Shown: positions 4,951 to 5,143 of the stretch, piece after piece
Layout: each line of letters starts with the position of its first letter
How positions within the stretch are numbered: the first letter of the stretch is position 1
Source: a virus
Virus record (IMG/VR): IMGVR_UViG_3300038682_000390
Coordinates: 1-5,143 of that record
Direction: 5' to 3' (one strand)
DNA length: 5,143 nt
Program-made: the position numbers and the translations under genes
Notes under the pieces: generated by a model
The model's database searches: none
The model's input: the letters and a program-made list of their open reading frames with translations, nothing else
What the model was told of the DNA's origin: nothing

Positions 4951-5044
4951 CAAAATACCTCAAGTGTCAAAATGAAGGATCATCAGGAGACAAAACACTG
5001 AGGAAAAAAAGACAGACGACAGGCAACATGTCAAAGGAAATGCG
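4951..5044 (-). promoter_or_regulatory. Region immediately upstream of rep (rest of the H-to-A intergenic region), with the rep RBS; promoter presumed but not located
   Basis: GAGG (4961-4958) lies 7 nt upstream of the rep ATG. Two minus-strand TTGACA hexamers (4970-4965 and 5034-5029) are present, but neither has a recognisable -10 element at 16-18 nt. Confidence 0.4.
5019..5034 (-). repeat. 16-nt repeat, copy 2 (minus strand TTGACATGTTGCCTGT)
   Basis: Matches the 129-144 copy at 14 of 16 positions. It lies about 70-85 nt upstream of the rep start codon. Confidence 0.7.
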
Positions 5045-5143
5045 AAAAAATACAACATAAAGTTGAAGGAGCGCGCAAGCGCGCATTACATAAGTAGAAA
5101 AAAAGAAAGAAAAGGGCACTGCCCTCTGACCTATAACAATAGA
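5045..5143. repeat. Terminal direct repeat, copy 2 (assembly overlap of a circular genome)
   Basis: Exact copy of 1-99. The window ends inside the repeat, which fits a circular contig written past its junction. Confidence 0.95.

Noticed and set aside
4965-4970. TTGACA hexamers (also at 139-144 and 5029-5034) as sigma-70 -35 boxes
   Set aside because: None has a TATAAT-like element 16-18 nt downstream, so no promoter is called. They are reported as a repeated motif instead.
4980-4986. CTGATGA on the viral strand (hammerhead ribozyme core box)
   Set aside because: There is no nearby GAAA box and no three-helix arrangement, so this is an isolated heptamer.

Overview
The window is one complete, circularly permuted genome of a small ssDNA phage of the family Microviridae. 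Bases 1-99 recur exactly at 5045-5143, so the circle is 5,044 nt and the repeat is an assembly overlap. All well-supported genes are on the minus strand. The displayed strand is therefore the complement of the packaged strand, and by eye it is T-poor and A+C-rich. On the minus strand the order is rep (phiX174 A-like, HUH with two tyrosines), external scaffolding protein (D-like), major capsid protein (F-like), a 172-aa putative spike in the G position, DNA pilot protein (H-like), then a strong intrinsic terminator. Every gene junction overlaps (ATGAATGA, ATGA, ATGA, TGATG). The D-type scaffold and the short 420-aa capsid protein indicate phiX174-type (Bullavirinae-like) architecture. Similarity to phiX174 proteins, recalled from memory, is limited to short motif blocks, so this looks like a deep, probably undescribed relative. 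Second-look items: (1) a 122-aa acidic ORF overprinted in the 3' part of rep behind a strong AAGGAG site, positioned like phiX174 gene B; (2) a 57-aa ORF below the track threshold with a clean transmembrane helix, in the third frame of the rep 3' end, start-coupled to the B-like stop (GTGA) and ending in frame one TGA codon before the D start, a K/E-like membrane or lysis candidate; (3) an H-to-A intergenic region of about 670 nt (about 13% of the genome) with extreme strand bias, packed with hairpins, a 16-bp perfect palindrome and repeated TTGACATGT-type motifs, possibly holding the complementary-strand origin and rep control signals; (4) a 75-aa ORF on the opposite strand inside that region with a canonical RBS, which would be unprecedented for a microvirus but is weakly supported; (5) no J, C, K or E homologue is visible. 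The very long plus-strand ORFs antisense to the capsid and rep genes are judged to be composition artefacts.
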